Source of the DNA: an uncultured Desulfospira sp.
Lineage (GTDB): Bacteria; Desulfobacterota; Desulfobacteria; Desulfobacterales; Desulfobacteraceae
NCBI GenBank assembly: GCA_963663165.1
Contig: OY760175.1
Location: 1,824,001 to 1,888,000 of the forward strand
Direction: 5' to 3'
DNA: 64,000 nucleotides
Shown here in pieces: positions 51,823 through 61,150 of the stretch; position 1 is the first letter of the stretch, and each line of letters begins with the position of its first letter. Both the position numbers and the translations under genes were made by a program. The notes below the pieces were generated by a model, which did not search any database, was not told the origin of the DNA, and saw only the letters and a list, made by a program, of their open reading frames with translations.

Positions 51823-53486
51823 AGAACCTGAGCCTTGATGACCGTTTTTATTTGCTGCTCCATAAAAAAATCATGAATAAAACCGGATCAGCCAAAAGAA
51901 GGTCCAAAAAATATTACAAAGACCAGTACAGGAAAACCGGCATTATCCCGACGCCCCTTCTACTGGTTGAAAAAGGGATTATGGACGGCCGCAAATGCAG
52001 CGGCCGGCCCCGGTCCATAGATGAACAAACCAAAAGGCGGTTTATCGAAATGGTCAAGGCCTCCTGTGACCCGTCATCCCAGGGGTTTATTTTTATTACC
52101 CGAAAAGCCAGAACCATTAAAAATTACCACTATTGGCTTGAAAGAGAATTGGGAAAAACCATCAGCCTTCCGGCACTCAGGCGATGTGCCCAAAGGGAAG
52201 GCCTTAAATTTTACCTGGAAAAAGAAGATTTTGAAGAAAATGCCCCGGTGAAAAACGCATTCAAGCCTGTTCCGGTGTTTGGCCTGATACAGGTAGACGG
52301 TTGCAACTTTCGATATTTAAAAATCAAAAATGAGGCTGGCCACTGGCAAAAACCCCAAGTCATTGAAACGTTTGATACCGGTTCCCGGTACATGTTTGAA
52401 CTTGATGCCTATTTCGATGAAAGCAGCTTAAGCTCAGTGGATTTGTTTAACCGGTTTTTGCTTTCCACCCCATTTCCCCAGAAGAAAGTCCGGTTCAGGC
52501 CGGATAACGCCACAGGATTTGTAAATCTCAAAAGAGTCATCAACGCCTTGAATATAAAACATTCCGTTCCCGGAGGATTTTATCTGGCGCCGGATTTTTC
52601 AAGGGTAAGTGCCCCCAGGGACAAGGCCCATCTTGAGTCCTCCCATCGCAGTCTTCATAATTTTGAAATCCGAATCATCAAGGCGTTTGAAGACAGGATT
52701 GTAAAGACCGTTCCAGGGGTTATCTTCAATAATAAGAAAAAAGAAAAAATCACTGTGACACTCCTTGATATTACACTCCGGGATTTAAGACACAGCCCCC
52801 TGATAAAAGAATACCGCCACGAACATAACCACACCAAACATTATTTTAGCGAAAATGGAAAGATCAGTGCATGGGTTCCGGCACAAAAGCTGGAAGAATT
52901 TTTATCAAGGCAAGCCGATATCCTTACCTTTTCACCGGATGAGGTGCAGGAATATATGAAGTATGGCTACAGGAAAATAAAAGCCACTGTATCTAACAAA
53001 AGAACCATTCGCCATGACAACCGGATCTATTGTGTAACCAGTGGTACAGACCGGTTCAGCAGGCATAAAAGTACACCGGTGCAAATATCAGTATATAAGG
53101 GCAAGCTGTTTATTTTTGAACGGGGGGAAGACGGCATACTATTGGGCGAAGCCCTTGCCACAAAGCCGTTTGACAAACCACCTGACCCAAAATCTGTACC
53201 AGTGGCCCCGGATGAACTCGACATGATGATCATTTTTCTGGAAAAGCACAACATGGCCGTCGACCGGCGAGTCTTAATTGAAGCTTATCATAGCGGCCTC
53301 ACTCTGGCCCGGGCTCAACAAGTGCTTCATCATAATCAATCCAGGTACAAGAATTATATGAAAAAGATGCGGCAACCTGAAACACAGAAAAAGCAGGCGG
53401 TATTCAATGCCTTTATGCTTGACTGCCGGAAATTGATCAATACAAACCATGTGGCCACGTATGCATCCTGCGGAGATTTAACATGA
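51819..53486 (+). CDS. Integrase-core (DDE) transposase
   Basis: SGRPRS HTH, QVDG, DTGSR, PDN..GF, P.DKA.LE. Confidence 0.75.
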   Translation: MKNLSLDDRFYLLLHKKIMNKTGSAKRRSKKYYKDQYRKTGIIPTPLLLVEKGIMDGRKCSGRPRSIDEQTKRRFIEMVKASCDPSSQGFIFITRKARTIKNYHYWLERELGKTISLPALRRCAQREGLKFYLEKEDFEENAPVKNAFKPVPVFGLIQVDGCNFRYLKIKNEAGHWQKPQVIETFDTGSRYMFELDAYFDESSLSSVDLFNRFLLSTPFPQKKVRFRPDNATGFVNLKRVINALNIKHSVPGGFYLAPDFSRVSAPRDKAHLESSHRSLHNFEIRIIKAFEDRIVKTVPGVIFNNKKKEKITVTLLDITLRDLRHSPLIKEYRHEHNHTKHYFSENGKISAWVPAQKLEEFLSRQADILTFSPDEVQEYMKYGYRKIKATVSNKRTIRHDNRIYCVTSGTDRFSRHKSTPVQISVYKGKLFIFERGEDGILLGEALATKPFDKPPDPKSVPVAPDELDMMIIFLEKHNMAVDRRVLIEAYHSGLTLARAQQVLHHNQSRYKNYMKKMRQPETQKKQAVFNAFMLDCRKLINTNHVATYASCGDLT

Positions 53487-54145
53487 AGGCAGATTTTATC
53501 AGTGACAAACGAAGGGTATCATACCTGAGCGCCACTTATAGCCGGATCTACCGGGGCCGGAGCGTACTCATTGAGGGAGATTTTGGAGCGGGAAAAACCA
53601 GGTTTTTAAAACTGCTTCGTCCCAAAAAACTTCATGCCGTATGGGTAGAGTCCCTGTTCAACATACACGAAACCCTGGCATCCATACTCAAAGAATTGAA
53701 CTATGACACCACAGCCACATATCGCAGAACTCCCCAGTACCTGAAAATGATCTGCAACCTGTCCAACTGCTTTATTATTATTGATGAGGCCAATGATCTG
53801 GATACCAGGGTCTGGCCATATCTTAAGCGGATCATTGATGCCGGTGTTCCTATTGTTTTTGCAGGGCTTCCAAAGGTCAGGACCTATTTGATTCGCAATC
53901 ACCCTGATATCCTCAGCCGGTTGAAAACCCTGATTTTATATCCCATAGAGGTTGAGGGCTTTATCGAACAATATAAAGATATCCAGCAGGAAGCCGTTGA
54001 GCAAATTTATATGGCGGTCAAAGGCGACATGCGTAAATTTAAAGAAATCTGTACTGACTGCCGGGACAAGGCAAAGGAATTGAACCACCAATTTGTTGAC
54101 ATTAATCTTGCCCTGGAGTTTATATCTGACCTTCCTCCCCAGTAA
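53483..54145 (+). CDS. AAA ATPase (TnsC/MuB/ExeA-like)
   Basis: GDFGAGKT, IIIDEA, VFAG.P, SR, GDMR. Confidence 0.85.
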   Translation: MKADFISDKRRVSYLSATYSRIYRGRSVLIEGDFGAGKTRFLKLLRPKKLHAVWVESLFNIHETLASILKELNYDTTATYRRTPQYLKMICNLSNCFIIIDEANDLDTRVWPYLKRIIDAGVPIVFAGLPKVRTYLIRNHPDILSRLKTLILYPIEVEGFIEQYKDIQQEAVEQIYMAVKGDMRKFKEICTDCRDKAKELNHQFVDINLALEFISDLPPQ

Positions 54146-55647
54146 TCCCTGAAAAGTAGATCCGTAAAAACAGGCCACTTCTGATTTAACCGGAAGATGG
54201 CCTGTTTATATTTTGACCTTAATTGATTAACGCAATTTTTCGCCTGGATATACCTGTGAAAATCAGGGAACCACAGATTGTTTTTGAATCTTTTTTGAAC
54301 CGTTACATTAATTTGCAACTTTCAATATTTTTGACTGCCAACCTAACCTACTAAATTTATATGAAAAACCATTTCTTTTTTGAAATAATGAACGAAAAAA
54401 AATCCGTTACATTATTTGAATGTGAGCAATTGGAACGTCATGAAAGGGTATCATGCCTTGATGCGCCTGGGCCATATGTTTAACGTTTTGGCCAGATACT
54501 CGCAGCGGCTTGCCAGGATTATTGAAGATACCGGCGCACGGGGCCTGATTCGTTTAGTCCGGGATACCATGTCCGGCCCGTGGCTGGATTACATGTGGCT
54601 GGAAGATCGTCTGTCCACTCCCTTTCAACTCCGATTAGTATGACGGCAACGACGGACGGGTAATCGAAAACACTCTCCCAAGCAGAGAGGTGGGAACGCT
54701 ATGTTCGGACCGAAGGACCGTCTTTCGTTTCGGCCATAGTCAGTGTCTGAAGGACTGCCTTTTTGAATTAAAAAAGGCTGGATCTCCCCCCAAAGGGAGT
54801 GGTTAGATCGACTAAAGCCAACCTTTTTTTATTCATGCGTCAGCACTGTCAAAAAACATACGTCCTTTGAAAATGCCTCTGGATGTGCATGCCGTGTGCT
54901 TCTCTAACAACCTTTGCGATACTCATCTACAGTCTTTTAACAGTATAAACTGCTGATGGGCGCACCAGCTATTGCCGTCATTTGCTTTCCCATCCTCAAA
55001 GATTCTCCAGACTCTCTCGCAAAGAAACACCTGCCCGGGTGTGCCTGTAGCCACACCCGCCGGACGTCAGCTCCCTTTCGGGCCGGGTGATGTTGGGATG
55101 TTCTCCTCAACCCGTATCCACCTTATTACAAGATTGGCCTTCGCTTTTTCCTGCATCTTACTCCCGCACCCCCATCTGTGTGCCTTACGGTTTCACCTGC
55201 CGAATGTCCCCGGCGAGGATACGGGGTTTCCACGTTCCACATTATTGCCAATTAATGGATGACTTAGGCCTGCCCACTGCACCGGCGGCGCAACATCTCC
55301 GTGCAGGCAGTTGAGAAACCTGCATCCTGACCGCTAACCTTTTGGTCCAAGCTTATCAGCCTCTTTAGCTTGTTCTCCCTGACGACGCTTGAAGAACATT
55401 CAATTAATTTGACCATATCATCCAAACCCTTGCCCTCACCCGGAATGAGGCTTCCAGGAGGGTATCCGCCTCACGGCTTCCACCCCTTCCGCAATTGCGG
55501 AATTCGGTACGTTGTCGGTTGGGCTTCACACCGTTGCCGGATGCACCGGGAACCGCATGCCACCTAGGGTACCGGCAGGAGAATGCCCGGGTTTGGTCAG
55601 GACCGACAGGCCCGCCAAACAGCCAATAATGCGACCTCGTGTCGCAC

Positions 55648-55774
55648 CCGAACGGGGAGCTCAGCCGACCGGGGCATACAGCCGAGCAGATTGTCGAAGC
55701 CAAGTTTTTTCGAAAACCAAGGACTTTCGAAAAGCCGCTATCCCCCCCGGGTCGGCTGCAGCGTTTTGTTCTCT
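55648..55774 (-). other. attC site D
   Basis: R'' AGAGAAC-AAAAC-GCTGCAGCCGACC...GGTCGGCTGAGC-TCCCC-GTTCGG|intron. Confidence 0.88.
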
Positions 55775-55805
55775 TTATATTCTTGAATGGTTACCCCGGC
55801 CCCTT

Positions 55806-56105
55806 TTAAGCAGTGACCGCTTGCAGGGGGATAATTTCATTCTCGATTTTTGCCACATTTTGTTTGGCCATTTTAAGATCATAACTGACTTGCAGGTTCA
55901 TCCAAAATTGGGGGGTGGTGTTGAAGTATCGAGCCAGCCTGAGGGCAGTATCAATGCTGATTCCTCTCTTTTGTCTTATCACATCGTTGATCCGAGGGGC
56001 TGGCACACGCAAGGCAATAGCCAGAGCATTAGCACTCATATTTAATGGTTCTAAATATTCTTCTTTGATTATTTCTCCAGGATGAATTGGTCGCATATTA
56101 TTCAT
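55806..56105 (-). CDS. higA: HigA antitoxin
   Basis: IHPGEI..EYL, TALRLARYF.T..QFWMNLQ. Confidence 0.92.
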   Translation of the reverse strand: MNNMRPIHPGEIIKEEYLEPLNMSANALAIALRVPAPRINDVIRQKRGISIDTALRLARYFNTTPQFWMNLQVSYDLKMAKQNVAKIENEIIPLQAVTA

Positions 56106-56117
56106 AATCGGTTCCTC

Positions 56118-56393
56118 CTAATGGTAGTCTGTTATTTCTACATCGTATGGTTCATCAGACCACGAAAAGCACACACGCCATTGCTTATTTATTCTTATGC
56201 TGTACTGTCCCTGTCTATCGCCTCCCAATTTTTCAAATCGATTACCGGGAGGGGACCGTAAATCAAGCAACTCGACCGCGCTATCAAGTATTTGGAGTTT
56301 ACGTTCTGCTTGCGCTTGAAAAGATCTAAATGGCTTGGGGCTGTTTCCTTCATAAAGTGCTTGTGTATGCTTGCATTTAAAATTTTTTATCAT
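56118..56393 (-). CDS. higB: HigB toxin
   Basis: DLRSPPGNR.E.L.G.R.GQYSIRIN.QWR.CF, EI.DYH. Confidence 0.92.
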   Translation of the reverse strand: MIKNFKCKHTQALYEGNSPKPFRSFQAQAERKLQILDSAVELLDLRSPPGNRFEKLGGDRQGQYSIRINKQWRVCFSWSDEPYDVEITDYH

Positions 56394-56843
56394 AGTTAAA
56401 ACTATAACGCCATGTGTTAAATGTCAAGCGTGTGTTTTTAAGAAATCGGGTAGCCGGGGGTAGTTATCTACCCCAGGCCCCCTCAGAACCGTACGTGACA
56501 GTTTCCCGTCATACGGCTCAAGCATTTCTAAGGCTAAGCCTTGCGGGGCCGCCCGGTTGTTTGAGCAATAATGAAATTTACAGTCATTTCATAGCATGCG
56601 TCCTTGGGCATCGGCCAGGAAGTACTGTTTTTTTCTATAACCGCAAATGACAGTTGGATTTTTTCAACCAACTGATTTTTAATTCAATTAATACAACTTG
56701 TTTCAATTTGCAAAGTATATGTTTTAGTCGTTGAATCGAAAAACTCTAAGATTCTGGGCGAAATGGATTATTTTTCCTGTTATTGCTTCGTAGTATATGA
56801 TATTATTTGGCACAAATATCATATACTACGAAGAGAGGTTGTC

Positions 56844-57509
56844 ATGCCTATTATCGACGTTCAAAAAATTGAATCGGCCAGATCAACGCTTAAAAAACAA
56901 AAAATTTTTACCCTCAAAAAGCTTGTTTCAATTCTGGATTGTTCCTCCAGAACTGCCCAAACAAAACTTAAACAGTGGAAGACCTACACAAGTTACAATC
57001 AAAACGGGAAGTATTATACTTTGCCTGAAATCCCTCAATTTGACGTTTATGGTATATGGCAATTTAAAAATGCCGCGTTCTCTAAGTATGGTAATCTAAA
57101 AAAAACCATTATCCATTTAGTGAACTCCTCATCTGAAGGGCTTACCGGCAGACAACTTGGTGAACTTCTTGGGTTATCACCACAATCCTTTGTGCATCAT
57201 TTCCGTAGTTGTCCGGGTATCTGTCGAGAAAAGCACGCTGGTGTCTATGTCTACTTCTCTGACAACATTTCAATATTTAAAAATCAAGTAAAACAAAGGA
57301 GTTCCCTTGTCCTCCGTCAAGCGGCTATTTCCATTTCTGACCAGGAAGCAGTCATGATTCTGGTTGCTATTATCAGGCATCATGGCATATCCGCAGAAGA
57401 CATTTTGGGCTTGCCGGAGATCAAAAAGAGCAAACTAAAGCCGGCTAATATCCAAGGATTTATGGAGTCTCATGAGTTGTTAAAAAAAATTCCGGATTCC
57501 AAGCATTAA
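56844..57509 (+). CDS. IS ORF A (winged-helix-like)
   Basis: RBS GAGG before ATG 56844; TSYN.NG.YYTL; ends just past an A8 run. Confidence 0.7.
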   Translation: MPIIDVQKIESARSTLKKQKIFTLKKLVSILDCSSRTAQTKLKQWKTYTSYNQNGKYYTLPEIPQFDVYGIWQFKNAAFSKYGNLKKTIIHLVNSSSEGLTGRQLGELLGLSPQSFVHHFRSCPGICREKHAGVYVYFSDNISIFKNQVKQRSSLVLRQAAISISDQEAVMILVAIIRHHGISAEDILGLPEIKKSKLKPANIQGFMESHELLKKIPDSKH

Positions 57510-59314
57510 AACTGCTCAAAAGCTTTATCTCCAAGCTGACTGGGTCCGTCCAAACTAGTGTGCTATTCTCAGCAAAGCCGACTTTGCATTTTTACCCGGA
57601 AATTTTAAAATGCCCTGATTGTAATTCTACACTCCATGTTCAGAAAACCGATACGAAGACCAGGGTCACCATGGACATCGGTGCCTATTTTGCCAAGGAA
57701 ACGGTATTGTATTGCCCCCACGGTCACGGAACGTTCAGGTCCGAACAGCTTCGAAACCTTGTACCCAGGGGCGGCACTTTCGGGTTTGATGTCATTGTGG
57801 AGGTGGGGTTTGCACTTTTTGTCCGTTGTCTCAGCAATCAGGAGGTCATGGCTGAATTGGCGATCAAGAATGTATTCATCTCTGAACGGGAGATCAGCTT
57901 TCTGGGCCGTAAGTTTATCATTTATCTTGCCCTGGCTCACCGACAGAGCCGGCCGGCTCTGCGAAAGTTCTTCACAAGCAGGGGAGGATATATCCTTCAT
58001 GTGGATGGAACTTGTGAAGATGATAGCCCCAATCTATTTTGCGGCCTTGACGGACTCTCAGAACTGGTCCTTGATACGGTAAAAATTTCTTCAGAGAAAA
58101 AAGATGAGCTCATCCCATTTTTCCGTAGCATCAAAGAGCAGTATGGTGAACCAAGGGCACTCGTACACGATATGGGTAAAGGGATTGTCAGTGCGGTGGA
58201 GGAAGTTTTCCCAGGGACACCCGATTTTATATGTCATTTTCATTTCCTGCGTGACATTGGCAAAGACCTGCTAGCTGATGAATATAGTTTTTTGCAGAAA
58301 CGGTTAAAGAAACTCAAGGTTCGACCTGCATTGAGGAGGCAGGCCAAGTATCTTGAGAAAAAAATTGATCCGGTCGGCAAGGATATTGATGAAATTATTG
58401 AGAGCCTTCAAAGTGGGAATTGGCAGGCAACTGATTTCGATCATATCCCCACGATTATGGCATATGCTTTAATCCATTGGATATTTGACTATCCAAATCA
58501 ATCCAACGGATATGGTTTCCCTTTTGACCGTCCATACCTTGATTTTTATCGACGTCTTCAAGATGTTCTCCGGTTGCTGGAACAAATCATGACCGTGAAC
58601 CTCAGTGAGGCAGCAAATTTAAACAGAGCCTTTTCCCAATTATATAAAGTAGTCATAAAAGTCGTAGAAGATAAGCGTCTTAATGATCTTGCCAAAAACA
58701 TGGAATCAAAGGCAGCCGTATTTGACAAGCTGCGTTGTGCTATGCGAATTGCCCTTCCTGATGGCAAAAATGGCATTAATGATAATGGCGATTCCATGAA
58801 CATGAAAAGTATTGAAGAAAAAGTGACTGAATTCAGGAACTGGCTCCTTGAGAATAAACACAGACAAAAAACCTATGCTAACATGGTGGCACAGATTGAC
58901 AAATACTGGGAAAAGCTCTTTGCCGACCCGATACCAGTCGTCACATCGGACGGAATTTTTACGGTCCAACCACAGAGGACGAATAACCTTCTGGAGAGAT
59001 TTTTCCGGGATGAAAAACGACGAGGTCGGAAAAAAACCGGCATGGGATCGCTGAACAAAATGCTAAAAGCGGTCCTTGCCGACACGCCGCTGGTGCAAAA
59101 TTTAAAAAACGACAAGTATATGGAGATTATTCTCAATGGATGTTCCAACCTGGCAGAAAGGTTTTCACAAATTGATGCTGATCTGGTACAAAAAGAGCTG
59201 ACCAAGGCGGCTGAAAACAATTGCAAAATATTCCCGGGGATCAAAAAAATGATAAGGGATACTGAATTAACGGTAAAAATCTCAACGCTGTTTTGTCCAG
59301 CAGATGCAAAATAA
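57482..59314 (+). CDS. IS ORF B transposase (probably fused to ORF A by a -1 frameshift)
   Basis: LHVDGT, VHDMG, CHFH (CxxH), RTNN.LE; the frame is open upstream through the A8 run at 57482-57489. Confidence 0.75.
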   Translation, partial: KKNSGFQALKLLKSFISKLTGSVQTSVLFSAKPTLHFYPEILKCPDCNSTLHVQKTDTKTRVTMDIGAYFAKETVLYCPHGHGTFRSEQLRNLVPRGGTFGFDVIVEVGFALFVRCLSNQEVMAELAIKNVFISEREISFLGRKFIIYLALAHRQSRPALRKFFTSRGGYILHVDGTCEDDSPNLFCGLDGLSELVLDTVKISSEKKDELIPFFRSIKEQYGEPRALVHDMGKGIVSAVEEVFPGTPDFICHFHFLRDIGKDLLADEYSFLQKRLKKLKVRPALRRQAKYLEKKIDPVGKDIDEIIESLQSGNWQATDFDHIPTIMAYALIHWIFDYPNQSNGYGFPFDRPYLDFYRRLQDVLRLLEQIMTVNLSEAANLNRAFSQLYKVVIKVVEDKRLNDLAKNMESKAAVFDKLRCAMRIALPDGKNGINDNGDSMNMKSIEEKVTEFRNWLLENKHRQKTYANMVAQIDKYWEKLFADPIPVVTSDGIFTVQPQRTNNLLERFFRDEKRRGRKKTGMGSLNKMLKAVLADTPLVQNLKNDKYMEIILNGCSNLAERFSQIDADLVQKELTKAAENNCKIFPGIKKMIRDTELTVKISTLFCPADAK

Positions 59315-60151
59315 ATACCAACCGTCATTTGCGGTCATAGGTTTTTTTTCCTGGTCAAAGACATACGTCCTTTGAAAATGCCTTGGATGTAAATGCCGTA
59401 CGCTCCTTTAACAACCTTTGCGATACGCATCTACAGTCTTTTAGCAGCATAAAGCTGCTGATGGGCGCACCAGCTAATGCCGTCATTTGCTTTCCCATCT
59501 TAAAAGATTCTCTAAACTCTCTCGCAAAGAAACACCTGCCCGGGTGTGTCTGTAGTCACACCCACCGGACGTCAGCTTCCTTTCGGACCGGGTAATATCG
59601 GGGTTTTCTCCTCAACCCGTATCCACCTCATTACGAGATGGCCTTCGCTTTTTTCCTGCATCTTACGCCCGCACCCCCATCAGTGTGCCTTGCGGTTTCA
59701 CCTGCCGAATGTTCCCGGCGAAGATACGGGGTTTCCACGTTCCACATTATTGCCGATTAATGGATGACTTAGGCCTGCCCACTGCACCGGCGGCGCAACA
59801 TCTCCGTGCAGGCAGTTCCGACACCTGCATCCTGACCGCTCACCTTTTGGTCCAAGCTTACCAGCCTCTTTAGCTTGTTCTCCCTGACGACGCTTAAGGA
59901 ACATTCAATTAATTTGACCATATCATCCAAACCCTCGCCCTCACCCGGATTGAGGCTTCCAGGAGGGTATCCGCCTCACGGCTTCCACCCCTTCCGCAAC
60001 TGCGGAATTCGGTACTTTGTCGGTTGGGCTTCACACCGTTGCCGGATGCACCGACCACCGCATGCCACCTAGGGTACCGGCAGGAGAATGCCGGGTTTGG
60101 TCAGGACCGACAGGCCTGCCAAACAGTCAATAATGCGACCTCGTGTCGCAC

Positions 60152-60280
60152 CACAACGGGGAGCTGAGGGGCCAGGCTTTTAAACCCAAAAAGCGCCAAT
60201 AAAAGTTTAAATTTCCCTGAACCAGGCACTCCCAAAAGGCCGCTCTGTAAGCCTGGTAACTCTCCAACGTTTTGTTCAAG
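60152..60280 (-). other. attC site E
   Basis: R'' CTTGAAC ... CAGCTCCCC-GTTGTG|intron; homologue of attC A and C. Confidence 0.88.
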
Positions 60281-60487
60281 TAAGCCGCTCCGCGGCAGGC
60301 GGCAGAATGAAAGCTTGACCCATAAGCACGGTTGCCATACTATTTGTGTATGAATCAATTCGCAATTTCTCTAACATTCAAAGCGTTTTCATTTTATCGA
60401 AAACCACAAGATATTGTAGTTTTGAACCCTTCCCCTTAACCTACATATTGTGTTTTATCACTCTTTTTCCAACCGCGGCTTCTTGAA
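60281..60487 (-). other. ORF-less gene cassette
   Basis: Starts GTTCAAG and ends CTTGAAC (perfect complement); no credible ORF. Confidence 0.75.
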
Positions 60488-60548
60488 CTAAAGGATTAGT
60501 ACCGAGCCTCGTTCCTCGGCACGGTTACTAATCCTTTATTTGTTCTCC
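60482..60548 (-). other. attC site F (short, intron-free)
   Basis: GGAGAAC-AAA-TAAAGGATTAGTAACCG...CGGTACTAATCCTTTA-GTTCAAG. Confidence 0.75.
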
Positions 60549-60831
60549 TTTTATTTTGATTTAAGATAACTTTTAAATCCCTATAATAATTCTCATGCGG
60601 TCCTATCATGATTAATTCAAGGTCATCGCCTACAAAACGATAAGAAAGCAGGTACTGAATAGTTTGTATTTTGAATTTATGAACAAAAACACCTCTTAAA
60701 TCTCCCTTTTTTTCTGTACCAATAGTTGGATTTTCAGCAATGTTTTTTACTTCGCTATCAAGTATCTCTTTTTCCTGCTTGGAAAATTTTTTAACCTTTC
60801 GTTCAAAAGATCGGGACTGAAAAATTTTCAT
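60496..60831 (-). CDS. RelE/ParE-family toxin
   Basis: F.R.VKK, NP.IG..K.GDL..V.V.KF, GPHENYYRDLK; reads into attC F. Confidence 0.85.
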   Translation of the reverse strand: MKIFQSRSFERKVKKFSKQEKEILDSEVKNIAENPTIGTEKKGDLRGVFVHKFKIQTIQYLLSYRFVGDDLELIMIGPHENYYRDLKVILNQNKRRTNKGLVTVPRNEARY

Positions 60832-60837
60832 TTTTTG

Positions 60838-61056
60838 TTACTCAAATTTATATTCGGTTGTTTCTCCGTAGTCCAATTCAGCTATACCAATGAGAATTTC
60901 TTTTATAAGATCATAGGTTAAATCGGGATTTTCTTCAGCACATTTTCCAATCCGAGCCCAATGTTCAATTTGCCCAGTTAAAGATCGCTTATCGATTTTG
61001 CTGAATATTTTAGCTTCCCTAACTAATTCGTCAGTGATTCTTACTGCAGTTGTCAT
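60838..61056 (-). CDS. ParD-like antitoxin
   Basis: RS..GQIEHWARIG..AEENPDL. Confidence 0.85.
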   Translation of the reverse strand: MTTAVRITDELVREAKIFSKIDKRSLTGQIEHWARIGKCAEENPDLTYDLIKEILIGIAELDYGETTEYKFE

Positions 61057-61150
61057 GATATAATCCCCCATTTATTTTTCTTTTAAATATAATGGTTCGA
61101 ATTGCACTTTGCAACTTAAAATTGCACTTTGCGACATTGTGGGTTTTGAG

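Larger units (their letters stand above)
50151..54428 (+). mobile_element. Mu/Tn552/IS21-like transposon (DDE integrase + AAA ATPase + 3 passenger genes)
   Basis: TG...CA ends, imperfect 24-bp IR TGCTAAGATTCAAAAAATGTAACG, 6-bp TSD ATTGGA. Confidence 0.88.
48833..54643 (+). pseudogene. DDE transposase split by a nested transposon
   Basis: I.DPR...K..H, IAIDGT, DCE.KAF, DGLY, RW.IE; removing the insert joins ...CFSYDW to NVMKGYH... in frame. Confidence 0.85.
47788..54848 (+). mobile_element. DUF4338 + DDE transposase element (ISNCY/ISAs1-like)
   Basis: Perfect 17-bp IR CAGTGCTGACGCATGAA; 9-bp TSD TCAAAAAAC. Confidence 0.9.
47580..55647 (-). mobile_element. Group II intron copy 2 (ORF-less, ~1 kb net) carrying a 7-kb nested transposon
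   Basis: GTGCG at 55647, CTACCCGAT at 47580; removing 47788-54857 restores colinearity with copy 4. Confidence 0.9.
56635..59340 (+). mobile_element. Two-ORF IS (Mutator-like/ISNCY DDE)
   Basis: 23-bp IR CTATRACCGCAAATGACRGTTGG; 8-bp TSD GTTTTTTT. Confidence 0.9.
56445..60151 (-). mobile_element. Group II intron copy 3 (ORF-less) carrying a 2.7-kb IS
   Basis: GTGCG at 60151, CTACCCGAT at 56445; near-identical to copy 4 once 56635-59348 is removed. Confidence 0.9.
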
